Below are positions 54,684 through 63,627 of a stretch of DNA of 64,000 bases, in pieces. The position numbers and the translations under genes are program-made. Under the pieces are notes generated by a model, which worked only from the letters and a program-made list of their open reading frames with translations, was not told the origin of the DNA and searched no databases. The stretch lies in assembly GCA_017937125.1 (NCBI GenBank), contig JAGBEH010000005.1, forward strand, positions 34,837 to 98,836, given 5' to 3'. Numbering within the stretch: position 1 is the first letter of the stretch; every line of letters begins with the position of its first letter. This stretch comes from Alistipes sp. Its GTDB lineage: Bacteria; Bacteroidota; Bacteroidia; Bacteroidales; Rikenellaceae.

Positions 54684-56612
54684 ATGAAGAGACTTTGTAT
54701 TTTGCGACGGGTGCTCCTGTCGGCGGCGACATTCGCCGCAGTATCGTTCGCTGCCCTTTTCGGGGCGCGTGCCGCCGAACCCGAACATATACTGCCGGGT
54801 TTCGAATCGCTGAAAATAGGATTCCTGACGGACATACACGTCCAGCCCGACCTGCCGAGCGACAGGTATATCGACGATGTCATAAAAGAGGTGAATGAGA
54901 GCGACTGCGATTTCGTGCTTCTCGGCGGCGACCTCGTATTCACGGGCTACGATGCCGACATCCGCAACGTTTACAATCATCTGAAAAAGCTGACAAAGCC
55001 GTGGTTCGGCGTTTTGGGCAATCACGAGGTGATACGCACGGATAACGGCTGCAAGACATACGGGAAACTGTTCGGATATGACCGCCGCGTGGTGTTCCGT
55101 GCGGGCAAATACCTTTTCGTCGGTTTCGAGGCGGGGCCTTATAACCGCGCCGCGACGGCAATCGTCCGCGATGAGGACATAAGGTGGCTCGAGGAGCAGT
55201 TCCGAAAGGCACGCCCCGACGAGAAGATAATATGCGTATGCCATATCCCGCTCGACAAGGCTATCGTGAACCATCGGGAGGTTACGGCCCTGATGAAGAA
55301 GTACGACGTCAAGGCGCAGATTTGCGGTCACGCGCATACCACATTGATGCTCAATGTCGATTCGCTCCCCTGTGCAATGGGGCGTATGCTCGACCTTACG
55401 CCTAAGCATTACGGGGTGGGATACAATATCATCGAACTCAAGGACGACTCCATATATCTTTGGCAGAAGCGTCTCGACCAGCCTGCACCCAAACTCTTCA
55501 ACAAGGCCAAGCAGGGCTTTTCCCGCGAGCTGCTCGACCGCAAGCGCTACAAATACAACCCTTTGCCGCCGTTCACACCCGAATACGGGGCTGCGGGTGC
55601 CGAACTCGTCAGGGATTTCCGCCCTGCGGTATATGCGGGTGCCGAGGTCGGCGGCGGGACTGTCTATGCGGGACATTCCGACGGGACAGTTTATGCGATA
55701 AACACGTCCGACGGCAGCGAGCGTTGGCGCTTCGAACTGGGGGAGGCTTTGTGCGCAGCCCCCGTGCGTGTCGGCGGCAAGGTGGTTTTAGTCTCGCCTG
55801 CGGGTGTCTTCTATGCGCTCGACGAGCGGAGCGGTGAGGTGGTATGGAAACTCAAGGCCAAAGGTGCCGTCGTGGGCGATCCGACGGTTAAGGACGGGTA
55901 TATATATTGCGGCTTCGGCGTAGGGTGGTTGGCCAAGATAGATCCCGAGAAGGGCAAGCCCGTCTGGGTGGCACGGTGCGGCGAGAAGCAGATGCAGTGC
56001 CTGCCGGCGGTGAGCGAGGGATGCGTCGTAGTCTCCACGTGGGAGAACGACGTGCGTTGTTACGACGAAAAGACGGGCAGGCAGCTGTGGCGCTGGTACT
56101 GCGGCAACGACCGTTTCGATTTCTCTCCGGGGCTTATATTCCCCCATATAGCGGCAGGCAAGGTATTTACTTACACCGTTTGCAGGGAGATGGCCGTGCT
56201 CGACCTCAAAAGCGGAAAACTCATATGGCGCGACGATGCGGGCAGCTGCCGCAAGTCGGCGGGAATCAGCGCTGACGGCAGCAGGGTATATGCCGAAACC
56301 CGTACGGGTGACATATTGGCATTGCACACCGATCCTGCGCAATACTCTGCCGCGTGGACTGCTCATACCGAGAAGATCAAGGTAGACCGCAATCCCTGTC
56401 GGATTACGGTCTCGCGCGGCGTGCTCTATTTGGCCGCTACGGGGGGATGGATTGCCGCCGTGCGCGAGAGCGACGGGAAAGTGCTGTGGGAGTATCGTTT
56501 CTCGCAGTCCGAGGCCAACAGCCTGTGCGCCGACGAGAACGGCGATATTTGGGCGATGTTCCTCGACGGCAAGCTGTTCCGCATTCCTGCCGTCGATCCG
56601 TCGAAATTCTGA
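54684..56612 (+). CDS. Secreted calcineurin-like metallophosphoesterase fused to a PQQ-like/BamB beta-propeller
   Basis: TDIH, GGD, GNHE, CH and GHAH motifs followed by repeated G..xW propeller blades; start moved to MKRLCIL. Confidence 0.88.
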   Translation: MKRLCILRRVLLSAATFAAVSFAALFGARAAEPEHILPGFESLKIGFLTDIHVQPDLPSDRYIDDVIKEVNESDCDFVLLGGDLVFTGYDADIRNVYNHLKKLTKPWFGVLGNHEVIRTDNGCKTYGKLFGYDRRVVFRAGKYLFVGFEAGPYNRAATAIVRDEDIRWLEEQFRKARPDEKIICVCHIPLDKAIVNHREVTALMKKYDVKAQICGHAHTTLMLNVDSLPCAMGRMLDLTPKHYGVGYNIIELKDDSIYLWQKRLDQPAPKLFNKAKQGFSRELLDRKRYKYNPLPPFTPEYGAAGAELVRDFRPAVYAGAEVGGGTVYAGHSDGTVYAINTSDGSERWRFELGEALCAAPVRVGGKVVLVSPAGVFYALDERSGEVVWKLKAKGAVVGDPTVKDGYIYCGFGVGWLAKIDPEKGKPVWVARCGEKQMQCLPAVSEGCVVVSTWENDVRCYDEKTGRQLWRWYCGNDRFDFSPGLIFPHIAAGKVFTYTVCREMAVLDLKSGKLIWRDDAGSCRKSAGISADGSRVYAETRTGDILALHTDPAQYSAAWTAHTEKIKVDRNPCRITVSRGVLYLAATGGWIAAVRESDGKVLWEYRFSQSEANSLCADENGDIWAMFLDGKLFRIPAVDPSKF

Positions 56613-56723
56613 CGACGGCCGTGATTCGTCGGGCTTTCCTGCGGTAGTCTGTTTGCGGCCGCTTCGGCATCGTCCGTCGGCCTGCCGAATTCCGATGTCT
56701 GATGTCGAGCCGTCGAAATTTCG

Positions 56724-56794
56724 CTGCCGCAACTGCCGCAACTGCTGCAATTGCCGCGATTGCCGCAGAGCTGCGGCTGCCATAGCTGCCGCCG
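56724..56794. repeat. Degenerate 9-bp tandem repeat (CTGCCGCAA)
   Basis: ctgccgcaa ctgccgcaa ctgctgcaa ttgccgcga ttgccgcag ... ctgccatag ctgccgccg. Confidence 0.8.
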
Positions 56795-56868
56795 TGTCGT
56801 TGCGGCCGCGATGATGACTGAGGAAGTGCCGTAACGGAGAGCGGCTGTCCTGCAAACCCGATTTAACC

Positions 56869-56906
56869 GAATCGCCCCTGTCGGAATATTCCGACAGGGG
56901 CGATTC
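56869..56906. terminator. 38-bp perfect palindrome between convergent genes
   Basis: GAATCGCCCCTGTCGGAAT|ATTCCGACAGGGGCGATTC. Confidence 0.65.
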
Positions 56907-56957
56907 CCTGTTTCGGGGATGTGTCGTGTCTCCCCTTTTCGCCGACAAACGGCGGGG

Positions 56958-59111
56958 TTACTCTTCGTCTGTGTCCGTATATGCCTTGAGCAACTTGTCC
57001 TGCACGTCGGCGGGCACCTGCTCGTAGGATGCGAACTGCATAGTGTAAGTTGCGGCACCCGATGTCAGCGACGAAAGCGTCGTCGAGTAGCGGTACAGCT
57101 CTGCCAGCGGCACGCGCGCATTCAGGCGGTCGAAACCCTTGTCGGATTCCATACCCATAATCATCGCGCGGCGGTTTTGCAGGTCGCTCATCACCGAACC
57201 CATATACTCGCTCGGCGTCAGCACCTCGACGTTGTAGATAGGCTCCATAATCTTCGGACCCGCATTGCGGAACGCCTCCTTGAATGCGTTGCGCGCCGCA
57301 AGTTTGAACGAAATTTCGTTCGAATCTACGGGGTGCATCTTACCGTCGTATATGATCACGCGTATGTCGCGGGCGTAGGAGCCCGTGAGCGGACCCTCGT
57401 CCATCTTCTCCATTATACCCTTCAGGATGGCGGGCATAAAGCGTGCGTCGATGGCGCCGCCGACAATGGAGTTGTAGAACTGGAGTTTGCCGCCCCATTC
57501 GAGGTCGTACTCCTCCTTACCCTTGATATTCACCGCAATATCCTTGCCGTTTACCTTGTATTTGCTCGGCTCGGGCATACCCTCGAAATAGGGTTCGATA
57601 ACCATATGCACTTCGCCGAACTGACCGGCGCCGCCCGACTGTTTCTTGTGGCGGTAATCGGCCTGCGCGACCTTCGTAATAGTCTCGCGATACGGGATTT
57701 TCGGCGCGAAATATTCGAGTTCGAGCTTGTTTTCGTTGGCCAAACGGGCTTTCAGAATGTTGAGATGGTGTTCGCCCTGACCCTGAATTATTGTCTGCTT
57801 CAACTCTTTGGAATATTCTACCAAAATCGTCGGATCTTCGTATTTCGCATCGCCCAACAGCTTGCCCAGACGCTCCTCGTCTGCCTGAACTTTGGCCTTG
57901 ACGGCAGCACGGTAGCGCGGCTCGGGAAACACGATAGGCTCGATAGCGACGGGTGCCGCAGGTGCCGACAGCGTGTCGTTCGTGCGCGAACCCTTGAGCT
58001 TCACCGTGCAGCCGATGTCGCCCGCCGAGAGCTCCGAAACCTTTATGCGGTTCTTGCCCGCAACGGCGAAGAGCTGCGAAATCTTCTCCTTGTTGCCCGT
58101 GCGGGAATTGACGAGCTCCATACCCTCCGTAATCTTGCCGCGCACTATGCGCATATAGGATATTTCGCCGATATGCTGTTCTAACTGGCTCTTGAAGATG
58201 AATGCCACTGCGGGTTCGCTCTCCTCGGCGGCGATCTCCTCGCCTTCGGACGAGAGGAATTTGGGTGCCGTCAGCGGACCGGGCGCCACATTGATAATGA
58301 ACTCCATAAGACGTTTGGTGCCGATGTCGCGCTTGCCGCTCGTGCAGAATATGGGCATCACCTCGCGACGTGCCACGCCGATCTTCAACCCCGCACGGAT
58401 GTCGTTCTGGGTAAGGGTACCCTTGTCGAAATATAGCTCCATAAGGGCATCGTCGTGCTCGGCGGCCATCTCGACGAGCTCCTGGTTGAGCGCCTTGGCC
58501 TTTTCCATCTCTTCGGCGGGGATTTCCAGCTCCTCGCGCGTACCGTTCTCGTCCTTGAAACGGTACATCTTCATCATCAGCACGTCGATGAACGAGTCGA
58601 AGCCCGTGCCTTGATTTACGGGATACTGCACGATTACGGGCTTCACCTGCGAAGCGGCCCTGATGCTCTCGTAAGCGGCTTCGAAGTTGGCTTTTTCGGC
58701 ATCCAGCTGGTTGATGACGCCGATAAGCGGCTTGTTCAGTATGCGTGCATAGCGCGACTGTATCTCGCTGCCGACCTCCCAGCCGTTCTGGGCGTTGAAG
58801 AGCATAATGCCCACGTCGCCCACCTTGAATGCCGAGAAGAGGTTGCCGCAGAAATCGTCGGAGCCGGGGCAGTCGATGATGTTGAGCTTGCGGTCCATAA
58901 ACTCGGTGAAGAGTATGGTCGAGTATATCGAGCGTTTGTATTCGTGCTCGATGTCGGTGTTGTCGGACAGAGTGTTGTTGTTTTCGATGCTGCCCCTGCG
59001 GTCGATGACCTTGCCTTCGTAGGCCATAGCTTCCGCAAGGGTAGTTTTCCCCGTACTCGGGGCACCCACAAGAACGATGTTCTTGATCTCGCGCGCTGAA
59101 TAATTTTTCAT
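56958..59111 (-). CDS. fusA2: Elongation factor G paralog (Bacteroidota EF-G2 type)
   Basis: GAPSTGKTT, DCPGSDDF, PKIPYRETI, HKKQSGGAGQFG, a domain IV insertion and EPIYNVEV; start moved to MKNYS. Confidence 0.9.
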   Translation of the reverse strand: MKNYSAREIKNIVLVGAPSTGKTTLAEAMAYEGKVIDRRGSIENNNTLSDNTDIEHEYKRSIYSTILFTEFMDRKLNIIDCPGSDDFCGNLFSAFKVGDVGIMLFNAQNGWEVGSEIQSRYARILNKPLIGVINQLDAEKANFEAAYESIRAASQVKPVIVQYPVNQGTGFDSFIDVLMMKMYRFKDENGTREELEIPAEEMEKAKALNQELVEMAAEHDDALMELYFDKGTLTQNDIRAGLKIGVARREVMPIFCTSGKRDIGTKRLMEFIINVAPGPLTAPKFLSSEGEEIAAEESEPAVAFIFKSQLEQHIGEISYMRIVRGKITEGMELVNSRTGNKEKISQLFAVAGKNRIKVSELSAGDIGCTVKLKGSRTNDTLSAPAAPVAIEPIVFPEPRYRAAVKAKVQADEERLGKLLGDAKYEDPTILVEYSKELKQTIIQGQGEHHLNILKARLANENKLELEYFAPKIPYRETITKVAQADYRHKKQSGGAGQFGEVHMVIEPYFEGMPEPSKYKVNGKDIAVNIKGKEEYDLEWGGKLQFYNSIVGGAIDARFMPAILKGIMEKMDEGPLTGSYARDIRVIIYDGKMHPVDSNEISFKLAARNAFKEAFRNAGPKIMEPIYNVEVLTPSEYMGSVMSDLQNRRAMIMGMESDKGFDRLNARVPLAELYRYSTTLSSLTSGAATYTMQFASYEQVPADVQDKLLKAYTDTDEE

Positions 59112-59195
59112 ATTTAGTTGTTGTTTTAAGGTTTGTTTGCAAATTCGGTTTATAAATCTACGAAAAAAAATCGACAGTGCAATACGATAAATAAA

Positions 59196-59220
59196 AAAAT
59201 CGCACATAAAGCGCGATTTT
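59196..59220. promoter_or_regulatory. Candidate operator upstream of fusA2
   Basis: AAAATCGC-N9-GCGATTTT dyad in an AT-rich upstream region. Confidence 0.3.
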
Positions 59221-59416
59221 ATGATATTTCTGTGAAACCGTGTGCGGTGTTCGTATCTTGCCGCCGCACCCGTTCGCCGTTGCCTTATATGGCCGTACCG
59301 CCCGCATCGCGGCCGTATTTGTAGCCGCCAGCTCCGATCGCTGCCTTATCTCTGTTGTGCGGGCCGTCCGTTCACGGCCGTACTCCTCCCTGCCGCTGCG
59401 GCAGTGGAAGCAGCGG

Positions 59417-59623
59417 TTATTTTGCGTCCGTATCGGGTTTCGGTTCGTTCTTTTTGCCGCCGAAGCGTCCGAGGAGCCATCCCGCGAGGAACGAGACGCC
59501 GATTATCACTATCCACGTGATGACCTCCGACAGCCAGAAGCGCCACTTGCTCATAACGTAGAACAGGGCGGCGATGATTATGACGATTGCCGCCAGATAG
59601 AGGATGAGTTTCGTTTTGTTCAT
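59417..59623 (-). CDS. Small two-TM membrane protein (68 aa)
   Basis: MNKTKLILYLAAIVIIIAALFYV...WIVIIGVSFLAGWLLGRFGGKK. Confidence 0.7.
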   Translation of the reverse strand: MNKTKLILYLAAIVIIIAALFYVMSKWRFWLSEVITWIVIIGVSFLAGWLLGRFGGKKNEPKPDTDAK

Positions 59624-59805
59624 AATTCCGTTCGCTTTTGTGTGAGTATTTTCCTGTCTGCGTCCCGCACGGGCGGAGCCATACCCCGTGCACCCGTGCC
59701 GCAACGTCCTGAACTGTTGCCGGGTTTTCAGTTAGTGCCGTGCGCGCGGCAAGGTCGAACCCTGCGACGGCACGTGCAAAAACCGTTCCCGCTTCAACTC
59801 CCGCT

Positions 59806-61197
59806 TCAGCGCCCTACGACGGCTTCCAGCTCCTCGACCGTAACTGGTATCTTCTTGTCGCCGATGAAGCGGCAGCCCGTCTCGGTCACGAGTATGTCGT
59901 CCTCGATGCGTATGCCGCCGAAATCGCGGTATGCATCGAGCTTGTCGTAATCGACGATGCCTTTGTAAAGCCCCTCGCTGCGGCTTTTGTCGATAAGTGC
60001 GGGAATGAAATATATGCCCGGTTCGTCGCTCGTAACCGTACCCGTGCGTACGCGCCACGTAGCACGGTGGACGCAGGTCGCCGACGCCTTCGCGCGGTCG
60101 AGCAGCTCCGAAAAATCGAAACTGCGCTCGCCCATAGCTTCGCAATCGTGCACGTCCATACCTATGCCGTGCCCCAGTCCGTGAGGCATAAAGAGATACA
60201 TCGCACCCGCCTCGACGGCATCTTCGGCCGAACCCTTTATCAGCCCCACTCCGCGCAAACCTTCGGCCAGCGTGAGATACGCCGCGCGGTGGATGTCGTT
60301 GTACATAACATCGGGGCGGATGATTTCGGGCATACGGTCGTGCGCCGCGAGCACTATATCGTATATGTCCCGCTGGCGGTCGGTGAATTTGCCGCTCACG
60401 GGGTATGTGCGCGTATGGTCGGAGCAGTAGTTGTCTACCGTTTCGCCGCCCGCATCGACCAACAGCAGGCGTCCGTTTTCGAGCACGCCGTCGCAGTTGA
60501 GGTTGTGCAGCGTCTCGCCGTGCTGCGACACTATCGAGGGGAACGACACGCCCGAGCCGTACGACTTGGCGATACCCTCTATAGCGCCCGCTATCTCGCG
60601 CTCGACGACCCCCGCACGGCACATACGCATAGCCGTCGTATGCATAGCGTAACCGATATGGAATGCTCGCTCCAGCTCCTCGATCTCTTCGGCGCCCTTG
60701 ACCTCGCGCATCTCGGCGACGGCGAACATCAGGTCGGCCGACTTGTGGGCGTGCAGCTGCGCTACGGGCATTCCCAACAATTCGGAGAGCATAATTTTCG
60801 TCTCGCCTCGATAGGGCGGCAGATAGTGTATCGTGCGGCATTTAGTCTGCGCTTCGGCTATGCGGTCGGCAAGCGCCGCCATAGGATATGTCTTTGCAAC
60901 GCCCGCGCGTGCACCTAATTCGTGCAGAGTAGGCTGGGGTCCCGTCCAAATGATATCCTCTACGGTGAAGTCGTCGCCGTACAGCGCCGCCTCGCCCGTT
61001 TCGGCGTCGAGCACGCCGACGAGCGTCGGTACGTTCAGTCCGAAATAGTAGAGGAACGTCGAGTCCTGACGGAAATAGTAGGCGTTGTTGGGATAGTTGT
61101 TCGGAGAGTAAGTATTGCCCGCAAGCAGTATCAGTCCTTTGCCGACCTTGCGGCAAAGCCACTCGCGGCGTTCGATGTAAATCTCTTCAGCAAACAT
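59806..61197 (-). CDS. pepP: Xaa-Pro aminopeptidase (M24B)
   Basis: FRQDSTFLYYFG, LLVDAG, DHTRTYP, PHGLGHGIGMDVHD, EPGIYF and GGIRIEDD; start moved to MFAEE. Confidence 0.93.
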   Translation of the reverse strand: MFAEEIYIERREWLCRKVGKGLILLAGNTYSPNNYPNNAYYFRQDSTFLYYFGLNVPTLVGVLDAETGEAALYGDDFTVEDIIWTGPQPTLHELGARAGVAKTYPMAALADRIAEAQTKCRTIHYLPPYRGETKIMLSELLGMPVAQLHAHKSADLMFAVAEMREVKGAEEIEELERAFHIGYAMHTTAMRMCRAGVVEREIAGAIEGIAKSYGSGVSFPSIVSQHGETLHNLNCDGVLENGRLLLVDAGGETVDNYCSDHTRTYPVSGKFTDRQRDIYDIVLAAHDRMPEIIRPDVMYNDIHRAAYLTLAEGLRGVGLIKGSAEDAVEAGAMYLFMPHGLGHGIGMDVHDCEAMGERSFDFSELLDRAKASATCVHRATWRVRTGTVTSDEPGIYFIPALIDKSRSEGLYKGIVDYDKLDAYRDFGGIRIEDDILVTETGCRFIGDKKIPVTVEELEAVVGR

Positions 61198-61210
61198 ATC
61201 GGTAAGTTTT

Positions 61211-62275
61211 TTAACGGTTATTCTTGAGTTCGCCCGCATCGAGCAGGTCGAGGAATTTTTCGAGACAATATACGAGCCATTTCCCGTCGCCCGTCATATT
61301 CAGCGTACAGTTCTCGCGGAATTCGCTGCGCACGGGACCTTTCCAGTCCCTGAACCACTCATTCGTGGCGCGCGGCATAGGCAGCTTGGGCGGCACTTCG
61401 AAATCGGCGTACAGACGTTCGAAGACCTCGCGCACGAGGTATTTGTTCTCGCCGCGACGAACGCGTTCGATATCGAGCGGCACGTTCATATAAGAGGTGG
61501 AGTACGGCGCCGCGAACTTCACGCCCGCACACTCGCAGGCGTTTATGTAGCTGTTCATACTCTCCTGAAAATAGACGTTGCGCACGAACTCGTGGGTGTC
61601 GGCCATACCGTTCACCGTGTAACGCTCTATCGGGTCGAGAATGATGCGCGGCTCTTTGAGGACCTTGTACGGCAGCAGATAGCAGTAACGGTCTACGAAC
61701 TCGCCGAAAGTCCTGTCCTGCGAAAGCAGACCGCTCAAACCTCCGTAGTTCACATCGGCCGTTTCGCCGAATACGAGCGTGTCGAACCCGTCCTCTTTAG
61801 CTTTGAGGGCGGCCTTGTATATCTGCACCTCTATGGAGTGTATCGGCGCCCCTTTGTGCTTCATCAATATCGGGGCATAACGTTCGAAATCCTCCCAGTA
61901 TATCTCCACCACGCGCTGTTCGAGTCCGCATTCGCGGGCATAGCGTGCGGCGGCTCCCGTCTCGTCGGCGACCTGCACGTCCGGAACCACGCACTTGAAG
62001 GTGTAGGCCACCGAGCCGCGCGGCATAAATTTCGCCAGTATGGCCGAGTCTATGCCGCCCGAGAGAGCCAGTGCGGCGCGTCCTTCGCGCACGGCACGCT
62101 CGGTTTCGGCCTTCAGGTGCCGCTCCAATTCCGCACTGTCGGCTATCGGAGTGCAGTTTTCGCGCGAAATGACTGCTATATGCGGCTGCACGTCGTCGGC
62201 GAACCGCTTTTCGCGGTCGGCTATGGTTCGGTACATAAGGTACGAACTCATACAATATTCTCTGTCCGTCTTCAT
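61211..62275 (-). CDS. Asparagine-synthase C-terminal (PP-loop ATP pyrophosphatase) protein without a glutaminase domain
   Basis: ALALSGGIDSAIL, GETADVNYGG and KYLVREVF; no N-terminal Ntn Cys domain. Confidence 0.8.
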   Translation of the reverse strand: MKTDREYCMSSYLMYRTIADREKRFADDVQPHIAVISRENCTPIADSAELERHLKAETERAVREGRAALALSGGIDSAILAKFMPRGSVAYTFKCVVPDVQVADETGAAARYARECGLEQRVVEIYWEDFERYAPILMKHKGAPIHSIEVQIYKAALKAKEDGFDTLVFGETADVNYGGLSGLLSQDRTFGEFVDRYCYLLPYKVLKEPRIILDPIERYTVNGMADTHEFVRNVYFQESMNSYINACECAGVKFAAPYSTSYMNVPLDIERVRRGENKYLVREVFERLYADFEVPPKLPMPRATNEWFRDWKGPVRSEFRENCTLNMTGDGKWLVYCLEKFLDLLDAGELKNNR

Positions 62276-62282
62276 CGCTCGG

Positions 62283-62696
62283 TTATTTGCGCACGGCGTC
62301 GAGCGCCTTGCTTATCTGCGTCGATGAAACGCCTTTGGTGTAGGGGAAGTAGACTATGCGTATGCCTTCGGCTGCGAAAGCCTTCTCGTAGTCGCGCCAT
62401 TTGTCGGTGCCGTACCAGTCGTCGCCGACGAAGAGTACGGTCGCCCCCAACTTCTTGCACATTGCCAGCTTGTCCATATCCGACTGCGGAACCGCCGCAT
62501 CCACGCATTTGATGTTGCGGACGATCTCTATGCGGTCCTCGAAAGGTATCATCGCGCGCTTGCCCTTGTAGGTAACCAGATCGTCGGTAGTTACGCCGAC
62601 TATCAGTTTGTCGCACATTCCTTTGGCGTTCTTGAGCAGATTGAGATGACCTATGTGGAAGAGGTCGTATACGCCTGCCGTGTAACCTATTATCAT
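62283..62696 (-). CDS. Glycerol-3-phosphate cytidylyltransferase-like (TagD/GCT family)
   Basis: YTAGVYDLFHIGH (HxGH), GDDW and YFPYTKGVSST. Confidence 0.9.
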   Translation of the reverse strand: MIIGYTAGVYDLFHIGHLNLLKNAKGMCDKLIVGVTTDDLVTYKGKRAMIPFEDRIEIVRNIKCVDAAVPQSDMDKLAMCKKLGATVLFVGDDWYGTDKWRDYEKAFAAEGIRIVYFPYTKGVSSTQISKALDAVRK

Positions 62697-63604
62697 ATCT
62701 GTCTGTTTTTGAAATATTCTTCGTACGGGATGTCGGGCTCGAAGACCACCTCTCCGTGCGCCGTGCCGTTCTTATCTTCGGGAATGACCGTATAATCGCC
62801 ATATTGGCGCTTCAGTATGGCGTCGTAACCCTTCGGCGCGCATATCTCGATCATCTCGAAATCGAGCATCACCGTCTCCGCCCAGTCGGCGGCATCCCAA
62901 ATCACGCCGTCGCGGTACGAAAGCGCCGTATGCGCCGCCTTGCCGCACCCCGAACCGAGATACCTGCGGCTCTCGGCCTGAAAACGGCGGAAATACTCCG
63001 CTGCGGAGTACCCCCCCCCGAAAGGAGGCGTCGCCAACAGCTTGTACCACGCACGTTTGAATATCGAGCGGTATTCATTGGCGAAAGTGCTGTGCCCCGC
63101 CTTGCGCGTAAGCCTGCGCAGCACTCGGCGATGGCGCTCCAAGAGCACGGGGTTGTCGGGCGACTCGTCCAGAACGAAGACATCGATGAATATGCCGCGA
63201 TTGATGTCGCGGCCGATATCCTCGCCTATGGCGCCCGTCGTGCGGCTGTCGCGTATCTGAATGTGCGTGCGGAAAAAATCGCGCTCGGTCTCGGGCGTCT
63301 GGAAGAAATAGGGCGCGGCGAACTCCTCGCTGCCGATGCGCAGCAGCGTATCGTAGTCCCTGCGCGGCATAATGACGTCTATGTCATCGTCCCAAGGGAT
63401 GAAGCCATTGTGGCGCACGGCGCCCAACAGCGTGCCGCCCATAGCGAACCAGCGCAGCCCGTGTTTCGCGCATACGCGGGCGAAGCGGTCGAGCAGTCCC
63501 AACTCCACAGCCCACACCTTTTTGCGTTTCTCGTCCACGAGAAATCCGCACCGCTCCTCGGCGGCGAAAAAGCCGGCTGGAATTTCGAGGTTTCCGTTAT
63601 TCAT
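62693..63604 (-). CDS. licD: LicD-family phosphotransferase
   Basis: GGTLLGAVRHNGFIPWDDDIDV, IFIDVF and LKRQYGDY. Confidence 0.92.
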   Translation of the reverse strand: MNNGNLEIPAGFFAAEERCGFLVDEKRKKVWAVELGLLDRFARVCAKHGLRWFAMGGTLLGAVRHNGFIPWDDDIDVIMPRRDYDTLLRIGSEEFAAPYFFQTPETERDFFRTHIQIRDSRTTGAIGEDIGRDINRGIFIDVFVLDESPDNPVLLERHRRVLRRLTRKAGHSTFANEYRSIFKRAWYKLLATPPFGGGYSAAEYFRRFQAESRRYLGSGCGKAAHTALSYRDGVIWDAADWAETVMLDFEMIEICAPKGYDAILKRQYGDYTVIPEDKNGTAHGEVVFEPDIPYEEYFKNRQI

Positions 63605-63627
63605 AGGGTATCGGTTTCAAAGGGTCG

